This document shows positions 9,207 to 20,043 of a stretch of DNA of 64,000 bases, in pieces. Source of the DNA: Bacteroidota bacterium (GTDB lineage Bacteria; Bacteroidota; Bacteroidia; Flavobacteriales; Weeksellaceae). Both the position numbers and the translations under genes were made by a program. The notes under the pieces were generated by a model, which was not told the origin of the DNA, did not search any database, and saw only the letters and a program-made list of their open reading frames with translations. The DNA lies in NCBI GenBank assembly GCA_023394415.1, contig JAEXAR010000034.1, positions 24,298 through 88,297 on the forward strand. Direction: 5' to 3'. Within the stretch, counting starts at the first letter, position 1. Each line of letters begins with the position of its first letter.

Positions 9207-10655
9207 TTAAAATTCTGCGCTTTTCGGCGTTCTAGGGAAAGGAATTACATCACGGATATTCGTCATTCCGGTAACGAAAAGCACCAATCTTTCTAAGCCA
9301 AGACCAAAGCCTGCGTGCGGAACAGAACCGAATTTTCTGGTATCAATATACCACCAAAGTTCGTCTTCTTCCACGTGCATGTCTTTCATTTTTTGTTTTA
9401 GCACTTCTATTCTTTCTTCTCTCTGCGAACCACCAATTATCTCACCAATGCCAGGGAAAAGAACATCCATTGCTGCAACCGTTTTATCGTCCTCATTAAG
9501 ACGCATATAGAATGCTTTAATTTCTTTTGGATAATCGAAAAGCACTACTGGAGATTCAAAATGTTTTTCCACCAAATACCTTTCGTGTTCCGATTGCAAA
9601 TCGGTTCCCCAATGTTCTACCGGAAACTGGAATTTTCCTTTTTTGTTTTCTTTAGAATTCATCAGAATTTCAATCGCTTCCGTATAAGAAACTCTCTTGA
9701 AACGTTTTGCAATTACATTTTCAAGTTTTTCAATCAAGCCTTCTTTTGCTCTGTCTTTTTCAGGTTTTTGCTTCTGTTCTTCAGCAAAACGCTTATCTAA
9801 AAATTCTAAATCGTCTTTACAGTTTTCCAGAACATATTTAATCACATATTTCAGGAAATTTTCTGCCAAATCAATATTATCTTCAAGGTTATTGAAAGCA
9901 ACTTCCGGTTCTACCATCCAAAATTCTGCAAGATGACGTGTAGTGTTTGAATTTTCTGCTCTAAAAGTTGGTCCAAATGTATAGACTCTTCCCAATCCCA
10001 TGGCTGCAGTCTCAGCTTCAAGCTGCCCGGAAACCGTAAGGCTGGTTTTTCTGCCGAAGAAATCCTGTTCAAAATCAATATCGCCGTTTTCGTCACGCGG
10101 AATTTCATTTAAATCAAAATTGGTAACACCAAACATTTCGCCGGCACCTTCTGCATCTGCACCTGTAATAATTGGGGTGTTGATGTAAAAAAATTGATGC
10201 TTATTGAAAAATTCGTGTATGGCAAAACTTACCGCACTTCTCACTCTGAATACTGCTCCAAAAAGATTGGTTCTGAAACGCAAATGCGCTTCCTCGCGTA
10301 GTTTTTCTAAAGAATGTTTCTTCGGCTGAAGAATAGTTTTCTGCAATTCATCAGTAAAGTTATCTCCTAAAATAACGATTTTTTTAGCCAAAATTTCAAC
10401 AGTTTGTCCTGCACCCTGACTTTCTACTACTTCTCCGGTTATCTTAAGAGAGGAAGCTGTGTTTATTTTCTTAATAGTGTCTTCATCAAAACTTTCAAAA
10501 TCTACAACGATTTGTAGATTATTGATGGTAGATCCGTCATTAAGTGCAATAAACCTGTTGGAACGGAATGCACGAACCCAACCTTGAACGGTGATATCGT
10601 GATGAAGGAATTTCTTATAACCTTCTAAAATGTCTTTTATTGTTCTCTTTTCCAT
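9207..10655 (-). CDS. asnS: asparagine--tRNA ligase
   Basis: Class II synthetase motifs [21 protein letters not shown] and [15 protein letters not shown]. The start is placed at internal [10 protein letters not shown], and the ORF continues 30 codons further upstream. Confidence 0.85.
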   Translation of the reverse strand: MEKRTIKDILEGYKKFLHHDITVQGWVRAFRSNRFIALNDGSTINNLQIVVDFESFDEDTIKKINTASSLKITGEVVESQGAGQTVEILAKKIVILGDNFTDELQKTILQPKKHSLEKLREEAHLRFRTNLFGAVFRVRSAVSFAIHEFFNKHQFFYINTPIITGADAEGAGEMFGVTNFDLNEIPRDENGDIDFEQDFFGRKTSLTVSGQLEAETAAMGLGRVYTFGPTFRAENSNTTRHLAEFWMVEPEVAFNNLEDNIDLAENFLKYVIKYVLENCKDDLEFLDKRFAEEQKQKPEKDRAKEGLIEKLENVIAKRFKRVSYTEAIEILMNSKENKKGKFQFPVEHWGTDLQSEHERYLVEKHFESPVVLFDYPKEIKAFYMRLNEDDKTVAAMDVLFPGIGEIIGGSQREERIEVLKQKMKDMHVEEDELWWYIDTRKFGSVPHAGFGLGLERLVLFVTGMTNIRDVIPFPRTPKSAEF

Positions 10656-10852
10656 TGTAACATCTGTAGTGTGCAAATGTAAGGAAAATTGGCTTAATTT
10701 TTGATGAGAGTCGGGTTTTAAAACTATTTTTTTTGCTAAAAACACATAGAAGTAATAGACTTACTAGGTTTATTTTGATAGCTTAAATGTTTTTATCCCA
10801 CCAAGGACGCAAAGGTTCATCAAAGATGAATAAGTTGATTTACAAGTAAAAA

Positions 10853-11188
10853 TTATTTAGAAATATATTTAGTAAAGCTCCAGAGTTTTCGGGTTTCAAG
10901 ATAATTAAGGTCGTCTTCCATAGCGTAAGCTTCACGCTCGAAAGAAATGTACTTGTAGGCAAGAAAACTATTTTTTAGTTTAAAGTACCAAAAATAGTAT
11001 TCTACCACATACCAAATGTAGAAAAAGATGATTAAAAGTTCAATTTGCTGACGTAAGTGAATTTTTTCGTGGTTAATTAATTCTTTATTGTAGCGGTCTT
11101 CTCTTTTACGAAGCAAGATAAACGGGAAAAGGGTAATGCCGTTTATTTTTGTATTTTTGAGAAGTTTATGTGCCACAATAATCATCAA
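10853..11188 (-). CDS. Hypothetical small membrane protein
   Basis: 111-aa ORF with a His-rich segment HEKIHLRQQ and an aromatic-rich TM helix. No family recognised. Confidence 0.3.
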   Translation of the reverse strand: MMIIVAHKLLKNTKINGITLFPFILLRKREDRYNKELINHEKIHLRQQIELLIIFFYIWYVVEYYFWYFKLKNSFLAYKYISFEREAYAMEDDLNYLETRKLWSFTKYISK

Positions 11189-11229
11189 ACAAAAATAATA
11201 TAAAAAAACTTCCTTTTAGGATTTAACTT

Positions 11230-11409
11230 ATGTCAAAATCTGATATCAAAGAAAATGAAGACTTTTATTATAATGAGCAGGGCTATAGAGTGTTTACAGA
11301 AAAATATCATCTAAAGCGCGGCTATTGCTGTAAAAGCGGCTGCAAACATTGCCCTTACGGATATGATAAAAAGACCGATACTTTTGTAAAAAAACAGACT
11401 AAAAAATAA
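11230..11409 (+). CDS. DUF5522-like small cysteine-rich protein (59 aa)
   Basis: MSKSDIKENEDFYYNEQGYRVFTEKYHLKRGYCCKSGCKHCPYGYDKK. This ORF is shorter than the 60-aa cutoff of the ORF track. Confidence 0.5.
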   Translation: MSKSDIKENEDFYYNEQGYRVFTEKYHLKRGYCCKSGCKHCPYGYDKKTDTFVKKQTKK

Positions 11410-11428
11410 TTATATACATTATAAAAAA

Positions 11429-11953
11429 ATGAAAAAATATTTTTTCCTTCTTTTAGCTTCTGCAACTTTAGGATTAACGTCCTGCTCTCCTTTTCAGGTG
11501 CGTTCTGATTATGCAGAAACTGCCAATTTCAATTCTTATAAAACCTATAAATTAAGAATTGATGATTTGAAGCTTAACGATATTGATAAAGACCGCGTTC
11601 TGAATGAAGTATCCAAGCAACTTCAAACGAAAGGCCTTTCCGTAGGTGAAAACCCGGATTTGATCGTGAATGTAAAAGCCCAGCACAAAAAAATTACGGA
11701 TATCCAAAGAGACAGACCTTTCGGAATGTACGGTTGGGGTGGACCTTGGGGTTGGGGTGTTGGAATGAGCAGAACCTGGAGCAGCAATTACAACCAAGGT
11801 GCTTTGGTTTTGGACTTAATTGATGCCAGAACCCAAAAACTAGTTTGGCAAGGCATTGGTGAAGGTATATCAGTAGATTCGCCAAAAGCAAAACAAAAAC
11901 AAATTCCGGAGATTGTAGCTGAAATAATGGCAAATTATCCTCCAAAGAAATAA
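11429..11953 (+). CDS. DUF4136 domain lipoprotein
   Basis: Lipobox LTSC. The DUF4136-type beta-sandwich starts at VRSDYAETANFNSYKTYKL. Confidence 0.6.
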   Translation: MKKYFFLLLASATLGLTSCSPFQVRSDYAETANFNSYKTYKLRIDDLKLNDIDKDRVLNEVSKQLQTKGLSVGENPDLIVNVKAQHKKITDIQRDRPFGMYGWGGPWGWGVGMSRTWSSNYNQGALVLDLIDARTQKLVWQGIGEGISVDSPKAKQKQIPEIVAEIMANYPPKK

Positions 11954-11981
11954 AGACAAATGTTTCTATAAAACAAGAATA

Positions 11982-12017
11982 AAATAGACCGCACTATTGC
12001 GGTCTATTTTTATTTTT
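11982..12017. terminator. Bidirectional Rho-independent terminator between convergent genes
   Basis: ATAGACCGCA-ctat-TGCGGTCTAT has A/T runs on both sides. Confidence 0.7.
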
Positions 12018-12042
12018 CAGGGATTGGAAGAATCCTTCAAAC

Positions 12043-13689
12043 TTATTTATCCAAAAGCTCTACAATTGGTTGACCAATATTTCCGCTCGGGTTTTCAATT
12101 TTTAGGATTTGAGCAATTGTTGGTGCAATATCCGTCATATGATAGGGTTTTGTACTCTGCCCTTTTTTAATGCCTTTACCCATAAAAATTAATGGGATGT
12201 GTGCGTCATAAGAGTTCCATACGCTATGTGTTGTGCCTTTTTTAGCATAATTTGGAAGCATCCCATCGTGTGAAATGATTTGAATATCACCACTTCTTTG
12301 CCAATTGTAACCATTAATTACCCTAGTTTTTACAGGTTCAGGAATGGGTGCTTCTGCAAGTTCTTTTAAATCTACAGCATACAAAACTCTGGGATCTTTA
12401 TTGAGCTTATCTATCAAGAATTTTTTAATTTCTTCTTCATCAAGATTTTTTTCTTTGATGAGTTTTTGGTTCAGATAGATTTGATAATTATCAATAGCCC
12501 AAATCATTTTATCATTGGCGAATTTTTGTTTCAAATCTTCTTCAAGATTTTTACTTAATCCGTCATCAAAAAATCCCGTCAACATTTTATTAGCCTGCAT
12601 ATATCCCTCTGCATGCGCAGCACCATGATCAGCGGTTAGAAACACTAAATAATTACCTTTCCCTACCTGTGAATCCAGTTTTTTGAAGAAAGCTTCCAAA
12701 TCTTTATCCAATCTGATGTAGGTGTCCTGTACTTCTATTGAATTAGGACCGAATGAATGTCCTACATAATCGGTAGAAGCCAAATTGATAACTAAAAAAT
12801 CGGTATCTGAATTTCTACCTAAATTGTAACCATCTATTGCAGCTTCAGCAGCCTTTAAAGTTAAAGTATTTCCGAAAGGTGTTGTTCTGATGACGCTTTT
12901 TTTCTTCTCATAATCAGCGGCTAAATTTTTATATGGGAACGTTGGCGTTGTAGCACTTCCTAAAAGATGTTCCCAAGGCACATTATCTCCAGTACTTTCA
13001 ATATAATCACGAATTGGTTTTGCCGTATCCCAACCGCGAGAAACCAATTGTTTACCTACTTGCTGAGAGTTAAATCTCTTCAACCACTCTGGGAGATCAT
13101 TCATATAATAAGAACTGGTAACAAAATTCCCTGTGCCTTCATCAAACCAAAAAGCTCCGGTTGGATTATGACCTGCAGGTAAAATAGATGCTCTGTCTTT
13201 CAATGAAACACCTACTACTTTTGAGCGGAAATTGGTAGCTATTCCCAACTGATCCGTGATGGTAGTACTCCAAAGATTTTTGGGTGAATGCGCTCCGATT
13301 TTTTCAGATGAAGAACCTACACCTTTTACAGAGGTATCGGTAGTACAATACACATTTTCTCCAGTTTCACGATCAGTCCAATCGTTTCCGGCAATGCCAT
13401 GGATTGATGGAACAGAACCTGTATAAACAGAAGTGTGCCCTAAAGCTGTAACAGTAGGCACATAATCAATCATCACGTTATTGAAATTGTAGCCTTCATT
13501 CAAAAGCCTTTTGAAACCACCATTTCCATAGTGGTTTTCATATCTATAAAGAAAATCCCAACGCATCTGGTCTACCACCAAACCAACCACCAAAGGAGGT
13601 CTATCGGGATGTACATTTTTGTTTTTTTGTGCGTTTGCCGTAGCAATGGTAAATACAGCAACAGCTATAATCTGAACTTTTCTGAACAT
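12043..13689 (-). CDS. pafA: Alkaline phosphatase PafA family (nucleotide pyrophosphatase/phosphodiesterase superfamily)
   Basis: Signal peptide, then LVVGLVVDQMRWDFLYRY...DYVPTVTALGHTSVYTGSVPSIHGIAGNDW, the hallmark of Flavobacteriia PafA (about 546 aa). Confidence 0.75.
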   Translation of the reverse strand: MFRKVQIIAVAVFTIATANAQKNKNVHPDRPPLVVGLVVDQMRWDFLYRYENHYGNGGFKRLLNEGYNFNNVMIDYVPTVTALGHTSVYTGSVPSIHGIAGNDWTDRETGENVYCTTDTSVKGVGSSSEKIGAHSPKNLWSTTITDQLGIATNFRSKVVGVSLKDRASILPAGHNPTGAFWFDEGTGNFVTSSYYMNDLPEWLKRFNSQQVGKQLVSRGWDTAKPIRDYIESTGDNVPWEHLLGSATTPTFPYKNLAADYEKKKSVIRTTPFGNTLTLKAAEAAIDGYNLGRNSDTDFLVINLASTDYVGHSFGPNSIEVQDTYIRLDKDLEAFFKKLDSQVGKGNYLVFLTADHGAAHAEGYMQANKMLTGFFDDGLSKNLEEDLKQKFANDKMIWAIDNYQIYLNQKLIKEKNLDEEEIKKFLIDKLNKDPRVLYAVDLKELAEAPIPEPVKTRVINGYNWQRSGDIQIISHDGMLPNYAKKGTTHSVWNSYDAHIPLIFMGKGIKKGQSTKPYHMTDIAPTIAQILKIENPSGNIGQPIVELLDK

Positions 13690-13752
13690 TTTCTAGTATT
13701 AAGGATTGACAAATTTAAAGAAATAATTAAAAGAGACACTTTGAAATCTATA

Positions 13753-13783
13753 TAAAAAACGCACCTTTAATAAGATGCGTTTC
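13753..13783 (-). terminator. Putative terminator of mdh
   Basis: AAACGCA...TGCGTTT has a 7-bp stem with a T-run on the minus strand. Confidence 0.45.
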
Positions 13784-13802
13784 TATTGTATAAGTTTGAG
13801 AT

Positions 13803-14729
13803 TTAAAATTTTAAATCGCCGTTCACTTCTCTTACAGCGTTTGCTGCTTCTTCAAATTTTGCTTTTTCAGCATCGGTCAAAGGTACATCTACAATTTTTT
13901 CAACACCATTTTTACCGATGATTGCAGGAACACCAAGACAAATGTCGTTTTGTCCGTACTCTCCTTCTAACATCAAAGAACAAGGAATCATTTTTTTCTG
14001 ATCGCACGCAATAGCCTGAACAATTACAGAAACAGCCGCACCCGGCGCATACCAGGCTGAAGTTCCCAAAAGTTTGGTTAAGGTTGCCCCACCAACTTTA
14101 GTCTCTTCAATTACAGAGTTTTGCTTTTCTTCATTTAAAAATTCAGTTACCGGAACTCCGTTTCTGGTCGCTTTGCTCATTAAAGGAAGCATACCAGTAT
14201 CAGAGTGTGCTGCGATTACCATACCGTCTACATCGGATGCAGGACATTCTAATGCTTCTGCCAATCTGTATTTGAAACGTGCGCTGTCCAAAGCACCTCC
14301 CATTCCAATAATTCTGTTTTTTGGTAATCCTGAAGTTTTGTGAACCAAATACGCCATAGTATCCATCGGATTAGAAACTACGATGATGATTACATTTGGC
14401 GAATGTTTTACCAAGTTTGCAGTTACGTCTTTTACAATTCCTGCATTAATTCCGATAAGTTCTTCACGCGTCATTCCCGGTTTTCTTGGAATTCCGGAAG
14501 TAATAACTGCAACGTGAGAATCTGCAGTTTTGCTGTAATCTCCTGTTGTTCCGGTAATTTTAGTATCGAATCCGTTTAGGGATGCGGTTTGCATCAAATC
14601 CATCGCTTTGCCTTCGGCAAAACCTTCTTTGATATCGACTAAAACCACTTCTGAACAGAAATTTTTCATGGCGATGTACTCTGCACAACTTGCACCTACT
14701 GCACCAGCGCCAACTACGGTAACTTTCAT
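13803..14729 (-). CDS. mdh: malate dehydrogenase
   Basis: MKVTVVGAGAVGASCA Rossmann motif and an LDH/MDH family fold over 308 aa. Confidence 0.9.
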   Translation of the reverse strand: MKVTVVGAGAVGASCAEYIAMKNFCSEVVLVDIKEGFAEGKAMDLMQTASLNGFDTKITGTTGDYSKTADSHVAVITSGIPRKPGMTREELIGINAGIVKDVTANLVKHSPNVIIIVVSNPMDTMAYLVHKTSGLPKNRIIGMGGALDSARFKYRLAEALECPASDVDGMVIAAHSDTGMLPLMSKATRNGVPVTEFLNEEKQNSVIEETKVGGATLTKLLGTSAWYAPGAAVSVIVQAIACDQKKMIPCSLMLEGEYGQNDICLGVPAIIGKNGVEKIVDVPLTDAEKAKFEEAANAVREVNGDLKF

Positions 14730-14970
14730 AATACTTTATTTATTTTTTAAATTAAATTTTAAAAATTATGTGTCATTTCATCACTTACCTTAATGAAATT
14801 TAAAGACTTCCAAATTTACGAAATACTGAAGTTTTAACCAATTTGAAATTATAGTTTTTTCTAATCTCTGCAATTTTTGCAAAAAACATTAATTTTTTTA
14901 ACAATTAATTATAACATATATCAATAAACCACACCATAAGGTTTCTTTATTTTTGTTAAAATTTTTTTAA

Positions 14971-15792
14971 ATGGATTTCAGAGAATATTTACACCAAGGT
15001 TATCACAATAGGAAATATGACATTCAGAAAAAAAGAATTGAAGATTTTATAGATGATTTCTTTCATTTTGTATTTTTTTTAGATGATCACCGATGTACTA
15101 CGCCTAACGAAATAGAAATAAGATTGGTTGATTTCAGAAACGAATTCTGCGAAATTCTTCAATCGGTTATTAATGAAAAAGAAAAGACTGAAGATTTTGC
15201 CAATTACTTTTTTGAAAGGTTTCCGGAAGTTTATTTTTCATTAGAAAATGACGCTAAAGTAATCCTACATAACGATCCCGCTGCCAAAAGCATTGAAGAG
15301 ATTTACTATGCATATCCCGGATTTTATGCGATTGCGATATACCGTTTTGCCCACGAACTCCATCAGAAAAGCATTCCATTAATTCCCCGAATCTGGAGTG
15401 AGTTTGCCCACAGCAAAACCGGAATTGACATCCATCCCGGTGCACAGATTGGCAAAAATTTCTTTATTGATCACGGCACAGGAATTGTTATTGGGGAAAC
15501 CACAATTATTGGTAATAACGTGAAAATTTATCAAGGTGTTACGCTTGGCGCACTTTCTGTATCTAAAGATATAGCCAATACAAAACGTCATCCTACGGTT
15601 GAAGAAGATGTTACCATTTATTCAAACGCTACTATTTTGGGTGGTGAAACTGTAATTGGCAAAGGAAGTTTAATAGGCGGAAATGTCTGGATTACACAAA
15701 GCGTAGCACCTCATTCCGTTGTGTATCATAAAGGACAAATTACTCTAAAAAATAAATTTCCTGAAAATGAACCAATCAATTTTATAATTTAA
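14971..15792 (+). CDS. cysE: serine O-acetyltransferase
   Basis: N-terminal SAT domain plus hexapeptide repeats ([20 protein letters not shown]). Confidence 0.8.
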   Translation: MDFREYLHQGYHNRKYDIQKKRIEDFIDDFFHFVFFLDDHRCTTPNEIEIRLVDFRNEFCEILQSVINEKEKTEDFANYFFERFPEVYFSLENDAKVILHNDPAAKSIEEIYYAYPGFYAIAIYRFAHELHQKSIPLIPRIWSEFAHSKTGIDIHPGAQIGKNFFIDHGTGIVIGETTIIGNNVKIYQGVTLGALSVSKDIANTKRHPTVEEDVTIYSNATILGGETVIGKGSLIGGNVWITQSVAPHSVVYHKGQITLKNKFPENEPINFII

Positions 15793-15804
15793 GAACAAAG
15801 ACTT

Positions 15805-16737
15805 ATGAGAATAAACAATATATTAGGAGCTATTGGTAAAACGCCATTGGTAAAAATCAACAAAATTTTTGGGAACGATTATGACGTTTGGATGAAACTG
15901 GAGCGTCAAAATCCCGGAGGCAGCATTAAAGACCGCATTGCTTTGGCTATGATTGAAAGTGCAGAAAAAGATGGTATCATCAACAAAGACACTTTAATTA
16001 TAGAACCTACTTCCGGAAATACAGGTGTTGGATTAGCAATGGTATGTGCCGTGAAAGGATACAAATTGGTATTGGTAATGCCAGAAAGTATGAGTGTTGA
16101 GCGCAGAAAACTGATGTCATCTTACGGAGCACAATTTGTATTAACCCCAAAAGCAGAAGGTACAGGAGGTGCAGTGAGAAAAGCTGCAGAAATGGTTTCG
16201 CAGATTGAAAATTCGTGGATGCCGCAACAGTTTGAAAACTTTTCAAATCCTCAAATTCATGCAGAAACAACTGCAAAAGAGATTCTTACTGATTTTCCTG
16301 AGGGTTTCGATTACGTGATAACAGGTGTTGGAACCGGAGGTCATATTTCCGGAGTTACAAAGATTTTGAAAGAAAAAAATCCAAACCTGAAAAGTTTTGC
16401 TGTAGAACCTAAGGATTCTCCGGTAATTTCAGGGGGTAATCCAGGACCACATCCATTACAGGGAATTGGTGCAGGATTTATTCCTAAAGTTTTGGACACT
16501 TCAATTTTAGATGGTACAATTCAGATAGAAAAGGATGAAGCTTATGAATATACCCAAAGGCTTGCTAAAGAAGAAGGCATACTTGCCGGTATCTCAACGG
16601 GAACATCTTTGGCTGCCATTGCAAAAAAAATGACTGAACTTCCAAAAGGCTCAAAAATTCTTACCTTCAATTATGATACGGGCGAAAGATACTGGTCTGT
16701 AGAAGGTTTGTATGAGGAAAAAGAATTTAAACTGTAA
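15805..16737 (+). CDS. cysK: cysteine synthase A (O-acetylserine sulfhydrylase)
   Basis: PLP-binding GKTPLVKIN...GGSIKDR and GTGGT motifs. Adjacent to cysE. Confidence 0.85.
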   Translation: MRINNILGAIGKTPLVKINKIFGNDYDVWMKLERQNPGGSIKDRIALAMIESAEKDGIINKDTLIIEPTSGNTGVGLAMVCAVKGYKLVLVMPESMSVERRKLMSSYGAQFVLTPKAEGTGGAVRKAAEMVSQIENSWMPQQFENFSNPQIHAETTAKEILTDFPEGFDYVITGVGTGGHISGVTKILKEKNPNLKSFAVEPKDSPVISGGNPGPHPLQGIGAGFIPKVLDTSILDGTIQIEKDEAYEYTQRLAKEEGILAGISTGTSLAAIAKKMTELPKGSKILTFNYDTGERYWSVEGLYEEKEFKL

Positions 16738-16760
16738 ATTTTATTAGAATTTGAACCAAA

Positions 16761-16788
16761 AGAGGCTGCCCAAAATTGGGCAGCCTCT
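16761..16788. terminator. Stem-loop (11-bp stem) between convergent cysK and the adhesin gene; probable terminator
   Basis: AGAGGCTGCCC-aaaatt-GGGCAGCCTCT. Confidence 0.55.
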
Positions 16789-16811
16789 CCACTAAATAAA
16801 TGAAAAAAAAC

Positions 16812-19595
16812 TTACTTCCTTACTATTAATTTAAAGGATTTTTCTTCTTTTGAAGTTTTCACTCTCACAATATATAGCCCATCTGCTAAATTATAATTAC
16901 TATAGGCTACTGAGATCTGATTACCAACTCTGTTTCCAGATTTACTTAAATCTGCAACCATTTTACCTGACATATCATAAAGCTGAACAGTAAATGTACT
17001 TCCGGTTTCTGCTTCAAATCTTATGTTCAAATCACCTTTGGAAGGATTAGGATAAAGTAACATTTTGCTTTCTGAAGTTACAGCTTTAATCACGGATGAA
17101 GTTGCTAAAACGTTATTCGCTGTAGAACAAGGACACGCTAAAACACCATTATTAATTTTTCCGTTATCGTAATTTTCGTTAATTGAACTTACGATTGCAT
17201 TGAGTTGTTCAGGAGTATAAGAATTTGATACTCCACCTAAAACTTGATTAGCTTCTATTAAAACTTGATTAACAGACATCCCTGCAAACGTACCTGAAAC
17301 TACCAGCAAGTCTCCCAATTGAGTATCTGAACTTGAGAAAGCTGCATCATAACGATCAAAAGTTACGCTTAATGTAAGTGCTACAACCTGACCTGCAAGT
17401 GTATTAGCATAGGATTTTTCTGTTGGGTTTGTAAGAGTTCCTGCATCTAAAGCTCTAGGAGTTCCTCCACTTGGCAAGAAATTCTCCACCGCTTTTGCTG
17501 ATGTTAATTTCAAGAATCTTGTTCCTGCACCAATGGTAAGACCTGAAGAGAATGCTCCTGCAAAATTTCTATCTCTGTAGGTTCCCCAATTATTACCGGC
17601 TGCTTTTGCACCCCAACCACCTTGCGTTACTGTAGTAAATCCACTACAAGTTTTTTGTTTTACGGTAACGTTAGCAGATTTGCTACACCCGTTTGCATCG
17701 GTTACAGACACAATATAATCTCCAACCGGTAACTGCACCGCATTTCCTGTAGCAACAATTAAGCTTCCCTGCAACCAATTAATCTGATAAGGAGAGGTTC
17801 CTCCTGAAACCGTAACTGAAACATCAGCTTTTCCACCTACACAAGTTACTTCGTTAGCTGTAATGTTAAGACTAATAGCTTCAGGCTGTACAACATTTTC
17901 TGTATCCGAAGACATACACTCTTTTTCATCCCAAACGGTTACTGAATATACACCTGCACCACCAGAAACTGTATTTCCGGTTTCTGAAAGCAGAACTCCG
18001 TCTTTTTTCCATTCGTATCTGTAAGAACCTGTGCCTCCACTAACGTTAGCTGTAACTGTAGTATTGCCTCCGTTACAAAGTATTGCAGAGGATGAAAGAT
18101 CGACAACAAGTTTCTGTGGTTCAGTAACGACAGTATCGATATTAATATAACATCCTTTACTATCGGTAACTTTTACAGAATATGAACCTGCTTTTACTTG
18201 AATACTGGCAGTTGTTTCACCATTAGACCAAAGATAGCTGTATGGAGCAGTTCCACCGGTTACGGAAACTGTAAGTGTAGAATTTTCTCCATGGCATTTA
18301 ATTTCTGTTTTAGAAATTTCAGCTTCAAGTTTTGTTGGCTGGCTTATCACTTCTGAAGACTTTTCAATAACACAACCTTTACTATCAGTCACTTTTACAG
18401 AGTAAGATTGTCCTGCAGATACTTCAATACTTTGTGAGGTTTCACCATTAGACCATAAATATGCATAAGGTGCAGTTCCACCACTTACATTAGCAGTTAA
18501 GGTAGATTTGTCTCCAAAACATTTAATTTCTGTTGCGTTAATATTAAGTGTTAATGGTTCTGGTTGTGTTACTTCAATTTGTGCCGCTTTTTCACAACCG
18601 TTCGCATCTGTTACAGTAACACTGTATTGACCTGCAGGTACGGAAATTTCTTTAGTAGTAGCACCATTAGACCATAAATAAGAATAAACTCCTGTGCCAC
18701 CCGAAGGATTTGCTGTAAGTGTTGAATTTCCGCCATAACATTTAATCTCAGTACCTGTGATGCTTACTTCTAGTAAACTTGGTTGTGTAATTTGTAAAGT
18801 TACACTGTCCTTACAATCGCCATCCTGAACTGTAAACGTATGAGTTCCGGCTCCCACTTCAAAAACGCCACCTCCTGTGGTAGCTGAAGAACCGTTTTCA
18901 TAACTAATAGTCACTTTTGCTTTGCCACCATAACACTTAATTGGCTCAACTTCATATTTAATTTTAAGTTTACAGCAATTAAGATAGCCTGAATTTGTAT
19001 TACCTTCGTGATAGCTATTATTTATAGCATCCAAAGCCTGATTGTATTGTGAGGCACTATAAGATGATGTGCCACAACCTCCTATAAAATTATTGGCAAG
19101 TACCAAAAGCTGATTAACTGTCATTAAGTAAAATGGACTTGTAGAATCCATAATATAATAATCTCCCAAGCTGATATTAGAAGACGAGTAATTAGGGTTT
19201 TGTGCATCGAATGTTACTGCCAAAGTTACTCCCACCAATTGTGCAGCCAATGTATTAGAGTATGATCCTCGAGGATCCACCATGGTGCTCGCTAAAGCAG
19301 AAGGTGTACCACCAGAAGGAAGAAAATTGGTGACTTCTTGCGCAGAAGTAAGGGTTAAGGTATTACCTGATGCGCATCCAATAACTAAATCATTTGGAAA
19401 TGCGGCATCAAAATTTTGATATAAATAATGTGTTTGCGGTGTGTTTAGGTTTTCTGCACCCCAACCACCAATCGTATAAGTTCTGTTCATGCAATTATTG
19501 CTTTGTGCAAAGCTGAACACTGTTCCAAAAAGGATTACGATACCGATTAAAAAGAGATTAACCGTTTTTTGAAAAGATTGATTTTTTCTCATCAT
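16812..19595 (-). CDS. T9SS C-terminal-target-domain adhesin with five SprB repeats and duplicated N- and C-terminal domains
   Basis: The C-terminal domain LLYPNPSKGDLNIRF...FKLIVRK, five repeats of ...C.GG......GGT.PY.Y.WSNG..., and a GGWGA...FLPSGGTP domain present twice. Confidence 0.75.
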   Translation of the reverse strand: MMRKNQSFQKTVNLFLIGIVILFGTVFSFAQSNNCMNRTYTIGGWGAENLNTPQTHYLYQNFDAAFPNDLVIGCASGNTLTLTSAQEVTNFLPSGGTPSALASTMVDPRGSYSNTLAAQLVGVTLAVTFDAQNPNYSSSNISLGDYYIMDSTSPFYLMTVNQLLVLANNFIGGCGTSSYSASQYNQALDAINNSYHEGNTNSGYLNCCKLKIKYEVEPIKCYGGKAKVTISYENGSSATTGGGVFEVGAGTHTFTVQDGDCKDSVTLQITQPSLLEVSITGTEIKCYGGNSTLTANPSGGTGVYSYLWSNGATTKEISVPAGQYSVTVTDANGCEKAAQIEVTQPEPLTLNINATEIKCFGDKSTLTANVSGGTAPYAYLWSNGETSQSIEVSAGQSYSVKVTDSKGCVIEKSSEVISQPTKLEAEISKTEIKCHGENSTLTVSVTGGTAPYSYLWSNGETTASIQVKAGSYSVKVTDSKGCYINIDTVVTEPQKLVVDLSSSAILCNGGNTTVTANVSGGTGSYRYEWKKDGVLLSETGNTVSGGAGVYSVTVWDEKECMSSDTENVVQPEAISLNITANEVTCVGGKADVSVTVSGGTSPYQINWLQGSLIVATGNAVQLPVGDYIVSVTDANGCSKSANVTVKQKTCSGFTTVTQGGWGAKAAGNNWGTYRDRNFAGAFSSGLTIGAGTRFLKLTSAKAVENFLPSGGTPRALDAGTLTNPTEKSYANTLAGQVVALTLSVTFDRYDAAFSSSDTQLGDLLVVSGTFAGMSVNQVLIEANQVLGGVSNSYTPEQLNAIVSSINENYDNGKINNGVLACPCSTANNVLATSSVIKAVTSESKMLLYPNPSKGDLNIRFEAETGSTFTVQLYDMSGKMVADLSKSGNRVGNQISVAYSNYNLADGLYIVRVKTSKEEKSFKLIVRK

Positions 19596-20043
19596 TTGTG
19601 TAATTTAAAAGTTTGACAATTGGGTACAGGGTATAATACCCCGAGGTTATCGATGTAACCGGCAAAATAAGGTGTAGCAGTCTTGACAGAGTCTATTATC
19701 AGAACTGTCTGTAAATTGATTAAATAGAAGTAAAACTGCCAGTTACAAAGTGATGAACTTTAACTGAATTTAATTATGTCAATCTGAAGTTGACAACAGA
19801 ATAGGATTTTTTTTCATCGTTTTTTAAGTTTTTATTGGTTATTAGATATTGATGAAAAGCATGTTGTAATGCTTTTATCATTTGTGTTATCCCAAAGCTA
19901 TGCAAAACATCAATCGCACAACTATAAACGTATGGTTTTCAAATAATAAAAAAAAACGATAACACTAACATTATGCAAACACTTGTATTGAAAGGACTTT
20001 TAGAAAAAACTTAAACAACAAATTTACGCCAATATGCGTACAC

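Noticed and set aside
9207-10745. Longer 512-aa version of asnS
   Set aside because: The extra 30 N-terminal residues are not part of AsnRS. The internal Met (MEKRTIKD...) gives the canonical length.
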